A stretch of 37,178 bases of DNA from Sanchytrium tribonematis. Taxonomy: Eukaryota. A program made the position numbers and the translations under genes. Location of the stretch: contig JADGIG010000030.1 of assembly GCA_018985235.1 (NCBI GenBank), positions 1-37,178 on the forward strand, in the 5' to 3' direction. Shown piece by piece: positions 17,222-25,752 of the stretch (positions are counted from its first letter, which is position 1; every line of letters begins with the position of its first letter). The notes under the pieces were generated by a model. The model had not been told where the DNA came from and ran no database searches. It was given only the letters and a program-made list of their open reading frames with translations.

Positions 17222-18658
17222 ATGGAAAAATTGCGAGTATCGATATATCTGTTTCGAAATGATTTGCGACTTCATGACAATTATGCACTAAGCAAAGCTT
17301 GCGGTTCAGATTATTTGCTGCCTATATTTGTCATGGATCCACAGTATCACCAAGGAGCTAAAACCTGGAATTATGGCTTTGATCGACAAACGCCTCTAAA
17401 AAAACAATTTTTGTTTCAAAGCCTGACTGATCTGAAGAATTCATTGACAAAATTAAAATCCGATTTGCATGTCATTGCAGGTAATACAGCTGGAATTGTA
17501 CAACAGGTTGCTGATCAGTTGAAGAAGAATTATAATGTTTCCGTAATTCTGCAAAAAGAAGTCACCTACGAAGAAACTGAAAACGAGAAAGAAATTGAAG
17601 CGTATTGCAATAAGTCTGGTGCGGAATATTCTGCTATATGGGGAAGTACCCTTGTGCACTTGAACCAGATCGAAAATATGCCAGACATTTTTACAAGTTT
17701 TCGTAAGAATGTTGAAAAATCTTGGGATATATGTCAAATGAACAATGTCGATCTTAAGCCTCTACCAAAATTTGAGAAAACTCAATTTGAAATTGTTGAT
17801 TTAGCTTGCGACCATACGATATCTGATAAATCCGCGATTCCATTTCGAGGTGGAGAAAATGAAGCTATTACGCGTTTAAATGATTATTTTTTTAAACTGA
17901 AACTTTTGAAAAGCTACAAAGACACTCGAAATGGTCTAATTGGATCCGATTATAGCTCCAAGTTTAGCATTTATCTATCATTAGGGTGCCTTTCTCCAAG
18001 ATTTGTTTACTTCAAGGTACTAGAGGCTGAAAATACAAAAGAGATAGATCCCAAGTCTAGTGCTTATTGGCTCATATTTGAGTTGCTTTGGAGAGACTAC
18101 TTTAAATTTATAGCGTTGAAATATGAAAAAAAATTATTTTTCCAAGGCGGACCATTCAATAGGAAAATAAGTTGGAGCACAGACTCAATTAAATTTGAAA
18201 TGTGGAAAAATGGTAAAACTGGCATCCCATTTATTGATGCAAACATGAGAGAATTGAAAGAAACAGGATATATGAGCAACCGCGGCCGCCAAAATGTGGC
18301 CTCGTTTTTGACTAAAAGTTTAGGATTAGACTGGAGACTTGGTGCAGAATGGTTTGAAAGTCAATTAATTGATCACGATCCTTGTAGCAATTATGGAAAT
18401 TGGCTCTACCAAAGTGGACTTGCGTTCGATCCCAGAGGAAATCGAAAATTTAATGTTATAAAGCAATCAAAGGACTATGACCTAGAAGGAAAATATATTA
18501 GATATTGGCTTCCAGAGCTCGATAATATTACGGATCATTTTGTTCACTATCCTTGGAAGGTTCAAAATTATATATCTCCTATAATTGTTGAACCAGAATG
18601 GGAAAAGCACTATAAAAACAAGGTGACAGCTCGAAAACCATTTAAAATCACAAAGTAG
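17222..18658 (+). CDS. cry-DASH: Cryptochrome DASH (photolyase/cryptochrome family)
   Basis: FRNDLRLHDN, FRGGENEA, YKDTRNGLIGSDYSSKFS, WLIFELLWRDYF, GYMSNRGRQNVASFL, SNYGNW and DPR motifs. Confidence 0.96.
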   Translation: MEKLRVSIYLFRNDLRLHDNYALSKACGSDYLLPIFVMDPQYHQGAKTWNYGFDRQTPLKKQFLFQSLTDLKNSLTKLKSDLHVIAGNTAGIVQQVADQLKKNYNVSVILQKEVTYEETENEKEIEAYCNKSGAEYSAIWGSTLVHLNQIENMPDIFTSFRKNVEKSWDICQMNNVDLKPLPKFEKTQFEIVDLACDHTISDKSAIPFRGGENEAITRLNDYFFKLKLLKSYKDTRNGLIGSDYSSKFSIYLSLGCLSPRFVYFKVLEAENTKEIDPKSSAYWLIFELLWRDYFKFIALKYEKKLFFQGGPFNRKISWSTDSIKFEMWKNGKTGIPFIDANMRELKETGYMSNRGRQNVASFLTKSLGLDWRLGAEWFESQLIDHDPCSNYGNWLYQSGLAFDPRGNRKFNVIKQSKDYDLEGKYIRYWLPELDNITDHFVHYPWKVQNYISPIIVEPEWEKHYKNKVTARKPFKITK

Positions 18659-18869
18659 CGTTACTTAATTGCAAAGTCAAAAATAAATTCTTTTCTTGAT
18701 TAGAAAAGCGATATTTGTTCAATAAGCCATCCCATGACTCCATTCAAAGCTTTGATAAGTTCTGACCACAGGCTTGATCAGTGTGGAAATAATTTTCAAA
18801 TGTATAGTAATTCGTTTAGAGTATTTTTAACTGTATTCGAGTTGCTACCAATACGTTAACCCGTGTTTT

Positions 18870-19652
18870 ATGGAAATTTTGACGCGACAATTGCAATTTA
18901 TTGAACCTTCCAAACTAAATGTCTATCTAACTATCTTGAGAGAAAATGAGTTTTGGCCTTCTTCCATTTATCTTAAGGGTCTTTTAAAAGATTACAAAGA
19001 TTTAGAAGAAGTAGTCGAGATATATTGCAAACTATGCAATTACACTGAAAATTATACCCATTTCGTCGACTGTGGAATTCACATAATAGTAAAAAATTGC
19101 CAGAACGGCATCGGGAATGGAACTACTGGATTAACGACTTGGATTGGTTCTCAACTAATGCTAAAATATTGCTTGTCTAATTTGAAGTTGAAGAACAAAA
19201 TAGTAGTTGAGTTGGGTTGTGGTACAGGACTTTTAGGAATTGGTTGTGCAGATGCCGCGTCCAACGTAATTCTCACAGATTCAGATTACCAAGTTTTAGA
19301 ATTAGCAAATGAAAATATTACTATAAACAAAATGAAAAATTGCTGTGCAAGACATTTGGATTGGTCAACTGTATCCGAAATAAGCGATTTACCATTTTCT
19401 TTAGATAGTGAAATGGTAGTCGTCATGGCAGATACTTGTTACGATCCATCGTCGATTCCAGATCTTTGCCGCATCATACAATTGTTTAAAACACACAATA
19501 TTAAAATATATATGGGATATAGTGTCCGGAATCGTGAAACATTTGATGCATTTCTTGATGAAAGCTGTGGAACAGTGATTTATAGGCAAGTAGTGGAAAA
19601 TCAAAAAAATATCACAGAAATTTGCCAAGAATTTGTTGTTCTCGATTTTTAA
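18870..19652 (+). CDS. Lysine methyltransferase, Methyltransf_16 family (EEF2KMT/FAM86/Efm3-like)
   Basis: GTTGLTTW, VVELGCGTGLLGI (SAM motif I), VILTD, LDW and ADTCYD motifs; N-terminal PSSIYLKGLLK resembles the FAM86 domain. Confidence 0.88.
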   Translation: MEILTRQLQFIEPSKLNVYLTILRENEFWPSSIYLKGLLKDYKDLEEVVEIYCKLCNYTENYTHFVDCGIHIIVKNCQNGIGNGTTGLTTWIGSQLMLKYCLSNLKLKNKIVVELGCGTGLLGIGCADAASNVILTDSDYQVLELANENITINKMKNCCARHLDWSTVSEISDLPFSLDSEMVVVMADTCYDPSSIPDLCRIIQLFKTHNIKIYMGYSVRNRETFDAFLDESCGTVIYRQVVENQKNITEICQEFVVLDF

Positions 19653-19747
19653 AATGTACTATTTGCGTTAAGTATTTTATTGTTTTAAATCTTTAATAAA
19701 TTTGTAATTTTGTCATTCTGGTAAATTTTTCAAACTCGACTTTCAAA

Positions 19748-20131
19748 ATGTATCTGATGCTGCTCACAATCATACTCGCAGAGATTAATAAGAATTTCGC
19801 ACACTTGGATGATGCTCTTAGAGAAAAGCTCATGAAAGATCAAATTATTACAGGTGATTTGCCAGTTGAAGATGAAAATCGGGTTTGGTTTTCAAGTTAT
19901 GACAAAGATGGAAACATGAAGTTGGATGGGCAGGAGATTATGTTTGGAATTGTACATGAAGACATCATTGACGAGAATAAGGGCGAATTTACTGATTATT
20001 CCAAGTCTGAATATTTTACAAATGAAGCTGACTTGTATGAGCAGGTGGATCATATCTTTGACCAGTTTGATTTAAACGGTGATGGGTATGTGGACTATAA
20101 CGAATACAAAAAAGGCATCGATGGGGAATAA
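19748..20131 (+). CDS. MCFD2: Secretory-pathway two-EF-hand protein, MCFD2-like
   Basis: Signal peptide; EF-hand 1 WFSSYDKDGNMKLDGQEI followed by H; EF-hand 2 DLNGDGYVDYNEY. Confidence 0.75.
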   Translation: MYLMLLTIILAEINKNFAHLDDALREKLMKDQIITGDLPVEDENRVWFSSYDKDGNMKLDGQEIMFGIVHEDIIDENKGEFTDYSKSEYFTNEADLYEQVDHIFDQFDLNGDGYVDYNEYKKGIDGE

Positions 20132-20182
20132 ATACCGATTTAAGCTAGTATTTTCTTGCAAAGGGATTTAATTTTCTTTCTA

Positions 20183-20995
20183 ATGTTTCCGTTTAGTGTG
20201 CGCTCACTTTTAAATCCAATAAAAAGATTTACATTTAGTGATACCGTCAATGTCAATTTACTAAATGCGCATCCCAGAGATTCTCAATTGCAATTTGACA
20301 AAAAGCTGCATCAATACCGAGTTAAAAATACAATTTACGACAGCGTCACTACAATAATAGATCGAATGGGTGACCAATTCGATCCAAACAGAATTATTCG
20401 ATTTTTAAGGATTCGAGACGAAGCTAATATTTTAAAGAACAAGCCAGTTTCAAGATACCATGAACTCTCTGACGAGCAAATCATATCTGAATGGAACAAA
20501 TCAAAAGATGACGGATCCAACTGTCATAAACTATTTGAATTAAGCTTGCTTAATAATTACAATGATGAATTTTATAAGCTAATCGAAAAATACCCTTATG
20601 AATTCAGAACCTTTCAGAAACTACAGATAAAATTTCAACATTTGAATCTTTATAGAACAGAGTGGGCTGTCTATGATGAAGAATTCCTGCTGGCAGGTAC
20701 AATGGATTCTGTATACAAGCTCGATGGAAAGATGTATATTTATGACTGGAAACGCATTAAACGAGTCACCAAGGATAAAAATGGCAATTTCAATAAGTTC
20801 AAGCTGCAGCTCAATCTTTACAAATATATACTTGAGAAAAATTACGAGATCCAAGTAGAAAATATAGCATTTGTTGGGATTCACGAAAATTCATCTTACA
20901 AAAGTTTTGATATACAATATGTCCCTGTTATGGACAAGGAGGAGATAGAATTAATGCTAGTTAAGCATCTAAAACCGGAGCTAATTGTGAAATAA
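20183..20995 (+). CDS. PD-(D/E)XK (RecB/lambda-exonuclease-like) nuclease
   Basis: HPRD...F...HQY, SVTTII, G.NCH, YRTEWAVY, LAGTMDSVY, IYDWKR and LQLNLYKYILE motifs. First ATG is at 20183. Confidence 0.85.
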   Translation: MFPFSVRSLLNPIKRFTFSDTVNVNLLNAHPRDSQLQFDKKLHQYRVKNTIYDSVTTIIDRMGDQFDPNRIIRFLRIRDEANILKNKPVSRYHELSDEQIISEWNKSKDDGSNCHKLFELSLLNNYNDEFYKLIEKYPYEFRTFQKLQIKFQHLNLYRTEWAVYDEEFLLAGTMDSVYKLDGKMYIYDWKRIKRVTKDKNGNFNKFKLQLNLYKYILEKNYEIQVENIAFVGIHENSSYKSFDIQYVPVMDKEEIELMLVKHLKPELIVK

Positions 20996-20997
20996 AT

Positions 20998-21720
20998 TTA
21001 TTTTCTGGTCAATGCAATTATTAATGACAAACTTCCTGCAGCTAAGCTCATCACTGCCCAATTTGAAATTCGGCACCCTAATGGCAAATCCGGATAATGA
21101 GAAATTGGATTTGTGTCAATATCTGTCACTGGATATCCACATTTTAAAAATCCTTGTTTTCTAACAATTCCACTGATGATGATTGCATTACCAAATATCA
21201 AGAACCACAAACCTGTTTGCCTATGCGCATTCATATATTCCTGTCGATATGCTGTTGTACTCGTGTTAAAGAACATGTAAAAATAAAAGATATACTGAAC
21301 ATAAAATAAGCAAATAAAACTTAATCCCATCCATCCATGAGCACTGTATAAGTTTGGCTTGTATGGCTTCGTATTATGATCAATAAAAATGACAGCAATC
21401 GCAATTAATGAAAATAAAATCGTCATCATGTGGATCAGTGCATGTGATAATTTGGCATTAGCATGAGATGCTACTTGAAATGCTCCAATGCTCAGAGGCA
21501 AAAGAAAACCAAATGATACAGTCATGAAGAATGGATGAAATGAGAATAAGGAAACTCCAATGAATTTGTCACCACTTGAAAATGCCCAAATGGAAACCAA
21601 AACTACTCCGATTATTTCCAAAATGAATCCCAATGCATAAATCATTGTTAGTATTCGTGGGCGGCTTTGTTGATAGAATAATGGATCTTCTGATTGCAAC
21701 AGAGGTGAGTTCTCGCTCAT
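20998..21720 (-). CDS. Cytochrome b561 (eukaryotic transmembrane ascorbate/ferric reductase)
   Basis: Four heme-ligand His motifs in a multi-TM protein: SFHPFFM, KLSHALIH, NLYSAHGWMG and AHRQTG. Confidence 0.92.
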   Translation of the reverse strand: MSENSPLLQSEDPLFYQQSRPRILTMIYALGFILEIIGVVLVSIWAFSSGDKFIGVSLFSFHPFFMTVSFGFLLPLSIGAFQVASHANAKLSHALIHMMTILFSLIAIAVIFIDHNTKPYKPNLYSAHGWMGLSFICLFYVQYIFYFYMFFNTSTTAYRQEYMNAHRQTGLWFLIFGNAIIISGIVRKQGFLKCGYPVTDIDTNPISHYPDLPLGCRISNWAVMSLAAGSLSLIIALTRK

Positions 21721-21853
21721 TTTTCAAGGAGTAATTTAGACTTGTATAAAACCATTTTAGGTTCAATATGCAACATGTAAATTTAAAATTTTATCCAACT
21801 CATTCCTTTCAGCTGATTGTAAGTTAAGGCGCGACTAAGCTGTATTTATTCGA

Positions 21854-22075
21854 TTAATTACGCGTATCGCAACATTGAAAGCAACAGTAAATTATCTCAC
21901 AGCATTGTATCCAATCGATTAAACAACTACAGCAACTACAACAACAAACCCAACATGCATCAGACTTTTTTACTGCCTTCTCTTCTGGTTTGTTTGATGG
22001 TGATGAATCAATATCTGTCTTCTTCAAACTAAAGTAGATATGTACAAGCCCATAAATTATAAAATAAATTGACAT
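21854..22075 (-). CDS. Small Cys-rich tail protein (CYSTM-like); start at 22075, or at 22053 with a 17-nt intron
   Basis: C-terminal CWVCCCSCCSCLIDWIQCCEIIYCCFQCC after a polar linker. Confidence 0.65.
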   Translation of the reverse strand: MSIYFIIYGLVHIYFSLKKTDIDSSPSNKPEEKAVKKSDACWVCCCSCCSCLIDWIQCCEIIYCCFQCCDTRN

Positions 22076-22168
22076 ACTTGAAAACAAATGTTATGATACT
22101 TAATACAAGTACCATACCACTTTTATTTAAGTAACAATAAAATTCAAATGTGTAAATGATTTTATTAA

Positions 22169-22309
22169 TTACGAAAAGCATCCAAGACAACAAGTAAAAC
22201 AACAAGTGCCATCACAGCTCATGTCCGCACAACAAACTGGGCCACACCAGAACCAGAATCCACTTCTGATTTCGCTTTTCTTTGCTGGCGCTGTGTTCGC
22301 GACAGTCAT
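22169..22309 (-). CDS. 46-aa Cys-rich micro-protein (CYSTM-like), not in the ORF track
   Basis: Translates MTVANTAPAKKSEIRSGFWFWCGPVCCADMSCDGTCCFTCCLGCFS*; ATA-ATG context; AATAAA just after the stop; tandem with a similar gene. Confidence 0.65.
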   Translation of the reverse strand: MTVANTAPAKKSEIRSGFWFWCGPVCCADMSCDGTCCFTCCLGCFS

Positions 22310-22581
22310 TATAATTTCAAGCCACAATATTTGTATCCTGTTGACTGTTAATTAAGCTACTTCATAAGTTTTCTGGAAATGCATTAGTCTAATTCATTCT
22401 GAAGTACGGATCAAATCAGATGAAACCATAATTTGATGCCTAGATTTTGAAATCACATTTGTGTGCAATGACACCATTGGGGAGAGATCTCAATGGCTGA
22501 TCAATAAAGCTTAAAATCGGTTTTAGGGATCATTGCGTCATTTTTGCCCATAAATTAGGCAATTCCCAGTCATTGTACGGT

Positions 22582-22815
22582 ATGCAGTGCTCGATATGCT
22601 TATCTAAAGAAGATTGCTTCAATCCTGAGAATTTTCAGCTTAAAAAGGCTTTAGGCGCCAAAAGACAGCGAAAACTATTTAATCAAGTCAAGAGGGTATA
22701 CTTTTGTGGATTTAAAGGGTGTAAAAAAGGGTATGGGATTGTTTCCCATTTGAATACACACAAAAGAAATAAGAAACACGGTACAATAGTTCATAAGCGA
22801 CAACTCGATTCCTGA
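22582..22815 (+). CDS. Small C2H2 zinc-finger protein, Con7-type finger
   Basis: KRQRKLFNQVKRVYFCGFKGCKKGYGIVSHLNTHKRNKKHG matches the fungal Con7-like pattern (R...R.Y.C...GC.K.YG...HLN.H....HG). First ATG is at 22582. Confidence 0.8.
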   Translation: MQCSICLSKEDCFNPENFQLKKALGAKRQRKLFNQVKRVYFCGFKGCKKGYGIVSHLNTHKRNKKHGTIVHKRQLDS

Positions 22816-22932
22816 ATAAAATAGAACATTTCTTTTTATTGCTCTACTTTATTTCATTAACTTGCGAAGGGAAACATCAATTTTCATTAAATCATCGACT
22901 TCCAACTCCTCAAGCATGCAGCCCGTGGGTTT

Positions 22933-23919
22933 TCATTTTATCAACTTGAATTCCTCTTCTGTCACCATGTTTAAAACTAAATGTTTGGTCTGATGAAAGG
23001 AACCTGTGCGGTACATGTAAGATTTTGTTCCTTCTTTTGTGCCATCAATGTTTAAAATTAGATCAACTTGAAAATCCCCACTAACTACATGCTTCTCTGT
23101 TGTCACTAAAATCTTTTTCTCGTCGTTGATAAATTGTTCTACAAAAACTGATTTGCCTTGACCAATATATGCAGATTCAATTGCATTGCCAGTCAACTGG
23201 TTCATTTTAAAACTAAAAGAGCTTGGTGAAGTGTAAACAATGATTCGTTTATCACTGAGCTTTCTTATCAATTTAGTAAATATTTTTTCTTTCTTATTCT
23301 TACTCAATAGAATGTAGTAATGTTTAATATTTTCGGTCAAGAATGCGCCATTCCATAATACTACTTTTGGAATGTTTTCAAAAAGGTTAAGTTCCTCTTT
23401 GATTTGCTTCGGAAGCATATTTAAGTTTATACTACTTAAAAATATTAAATCTGTCAATTTTGGCAAATTTTGTAAAATGGCCAAAATATGGTTGGTGTCC
23501 AATTCGTCGCTATAATCAAATATACAGCAGCCTTTAAAAGAATTACTTAAAAGTTGCCGAGCTTCCTTATCAGTTTGAAGGACACATTCTACTCCAAGAG
23601 GTCTGTTACTGATGCAAACAACATTGGAGTGGGTCGAATTTGTAATATGGATTGCTTTAACTACATCTTTTGTTACATTGTTTGTTGGGACATTTGTAGA
23701 CTCCATGGTGATTACCACATCATCCACTGGTTTCCTCATCCGCAATTTTTTTCCATAAACTAATAATATGTCAAATTTTTCCTGGATAGTCAATGTATTG
23801 GCGAGATCAGAATACAATTCGTTGACCTTATCGTCATCGCCATGTATCTCCATGAGATTTTGATAGTGCTGCTGCGTTGACTGAACCATTCTGCAACTTT
23901 TGCAACACAAGGAGCACAA
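22933..23919 (-). CDS. Degenerate DEAD-box helicase-like protein (pseudo-helicase); start uncertain
   Basis: CIFDYSDEL (DEAD position), IFLSSI (SAT), ENIKHYYI, IIVY, KKILVTTE, VDLILNID and SYMYRTG (motif VI) occur in correct order; no GKT found. Confidence 0.7.
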   Translation of the reverse strand: MCSLCCKSCRMVQSTQQHYQNLMEIHGDDDKVNELYSDLANTLTIQEKFDILLVYGKKLRMRKPVDDVVITMESTNVPTNNVTKDVVKAIHITNSTHSNVVCISNRPLGVECVLQTDKEARQLLSNSFKGCCIFDYSDELDTNHILAILQNLPKLTDLIFLSSINLNMLPKQIKEELNLFENIPKVVLWNGAFLTENIKHYYILLSKNKKEKIFTKLIRKLSDKRIIVYTSPSSFSFKMNQLTGNAIESAYIGQGKSVFVEQFINDEKKILVTTEKHVVSGDFQVDLILNIDGTKEGTKSYMYRTGSFHQTKHLVLNMVTEEEFKLIK

Positions 23920-23947
23920 ACAAAATCCACATTTGTGCTTAATAAAT

Positions 23948-25333
23948 TTATTGATACGGTGCGATTCCTAGACATTGCTCCAATGTCACAAATTTGTACC
24001 CATAAGAAATAAACAAATCTTTAATTCTCGGCAAAGCATCTTTACATGCTGTGTGAATATCGTGACACAAAACTGTGTGACCACGGGTACTATCAGCGGC
24101 CAATCTATTTGCAATGTTATTGTAAGCATTGTCAGGATTGCCAGGATCGGTCCAATCCAAAGAATCGATTGACCACGTTACAACATATAAACCCAAATTG
24201 TACCAATCCAACATTGAACTGGTTGTGTAGTCTCCATACGGAGGTCTGAAAAACTGCACATTCTTTCCGATAACCTTTTGAATAGATTGACGTGCTTTGG
24301 TTGCTTCCAATGTAACAGTGGCATCTGCCATTCCTATTGCACTGATATGACTATAAGTGTGATCAGCAATAATAAATCCTTGAGAGTTCAAAGTACTCGT
24401 GATGCCAGAACGCGCATCAACATTCTGTCCAACTTGAAAAAAGGTCAACGGAATGACGGGATTTGTTTTTGCGATAGCCGCGACCTGATTGGTGATGACC
24501 GGATCAGGTCCGTCATCATATGTCAGAGCAACGACTTTGTTTTGAGTACAGTAAGTTGCAGGATCGCTTTGACGGGACCATGAAGGACCTGTTGGGTTGG
24601 TAGAAGTACATCCAGTTCCAAATCCAGATTGACAATTCGTGCAAAAAGCAGTGCCAGTACCACAATAACCATATTGACTGCAGCACAAACCTGTTTGACA
24701 GACCTTATTGCCAGTCACAGCAGCAGCATTGTTACCACAGGGTCCATTTGGACCTGGAGGTGTTGGAGAAGGAACAGTTGTAGGAGTCGGAGTAGGGGAT
24801 GGAGTGGAACATCCAGTGCCGAATCCGGACTGACAATTTGTGCAATAAGCGGTTCCAGTTCCGCAATAGCCGTACTGACTGCAACATAAGCCAGTTTGGC
24901 AAACCTTATTGTTGGCAGGAGCTGCGGCATTATTTCCGCAAGGGCCATTTGCACCAGGAGGAGTTGGCGATGGAACAGTGGTAGGGGATGGCGTTGGGGA
25001 TGGTGGAGTACTTGTACATGTACCAAATCCCGATTGACAACCAGTTCCACAATGAGCTGCAGTGTTTCCACAATAGTTGTATTGAGAACAACACAATCCG
25101 GTGGCGCATTTGGCCCCATTGTTAGCTGAACCACAACGTCCACCGTTTGGAACGCTAGTTGGAGGAGGCGTAGTAGATGTGCAAGTTCCATATGCGGATT
25201 GACATCCCAGACCGCAATAAGCACTAGTGGTACCACAATAGTTGTACTGAGAACAGCATTGACCAGATGGACAAGAAGCCTTCTTTACGCTTCCACAGTT
25301 TTGTGCCAGATACAAAGCCAGTAAGAGCATCAT
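23948..25333 (-). CDS. Secreted chitin deacetylase (CE4) with four CBM18 hevein-like chitin-binding domains
   Basis: Four CCSQY.YCG repeats with Pro/Thr linkers; CE4 motifs TYDDGP, HTYSH, FRPPYG, DSLDW and LCHDIH. Confidence 0.96.
   Translation of the reverse strand: MMLLLALYLAQNCGSVKKASCPSGQCCSQYNYCGTTSAYCGLGCQSAYGTCTSTTPPPTSVPNGGRCGSANNGAKCATGLCCSQYNYCGNTAAHCGTGCQSGFGTCTSTPPSPTPSPTTVPSPTPPGANGPCGNNAAAPANNKVCQTGLCCSQYGYCGTGTAYCTNCQSGFGTGCSTPSPTPTPTTVPSPTPPGPNGPCGNNAAAVTGNKVCQTGLCCSQYGYCGTGTAFCTNCQSGFGTGCTSTNPTGPSWSRQSDPATYCTQNKVVALTYDDGPDPVITNQVAAIAKTNPVIPLTFFQVGQNVDARSGITSTLNSQGFIIADHTYSHISAIGMADATVTLEATKARQSIQKVIGKNVQFFRPPYGDYTTSSMLDWYNLGLYVVTWSIDSLDWTDPGNPDNAYNNIANRLAADSTRGHTVLCHDIHTACKDALPRIKDLFISYGYKFVTLEQCLGIAPYQ
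24605..24995 (-). repeat. Intragenic tandem duplication of PT-linker + CBM18 (domains 3 and 4, unit about 200 nt)
   Basis: PTTVPSPTPPG.NGPCGNNAAA...NKVCQTGLCCSQYGYCGTGTA.CTNCQSGFGTGC is repeated almost identically at protein level. Confidence 0.85.
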
Positions 25334-25752
25334 AGTTTCACCCCATTTAACGAAGAACCAAATATGGCAAGAGGAGAACTCCCCCTTTCCACTAGATTGT
25401 AAGGTGCGAGATGCAATTTAATTTGTCATTTTATTATGTCGTAATTATGTAGGATATAACACCTATTCAACACTTTATTCTCAAAATCGTTAATATCCGA
25501 ATGGTTTGTCGATCAATTAAAAATTACACAAGAGTTGTCCCTTCTTCGTTAACGACTAGTTTCAGAGTACCCGAACTATAATCCGAACTATTCATTCAAC
25601 ATTTATATAAGCAGCAAATAAGTTGGTTTATTTTGGTAACATTTACGCAATGCAAATTTTTCATGTTATTTAATCCAAAATATTTAATTTTCAAATTTTT
25701 TTGTGAAAATTTTGCCGATTTGTACAATATATTTATTAAAAATACTTGACTT

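Noticed and set aside
22410..22502. Possible C/D box snoRNA (AGATGA...CTGA with internal CCATTG/CAATGG hairpin)
   Set aside because: The C box is degenerate and I could not identify an rRNA-complementary guide.
23834..23932. Minus-strand 32-aa ORF MWILFVLLVLQKLQNGSVNAAALSKSHGDTWR with a signal-like start
   Set aside because: Starts about 15 nt after the previous stop and overlaps the pseudo-helicase ORF in another frame; no independent support.
23948..25333. Elevated GC in the chitin deacetylase as a sign of horizontal transfer
   Set aside because: Explained by Gly/Pro/Cys/Thr/Ala-rich composition; CBM18-CE4 is a native fungal architecture.
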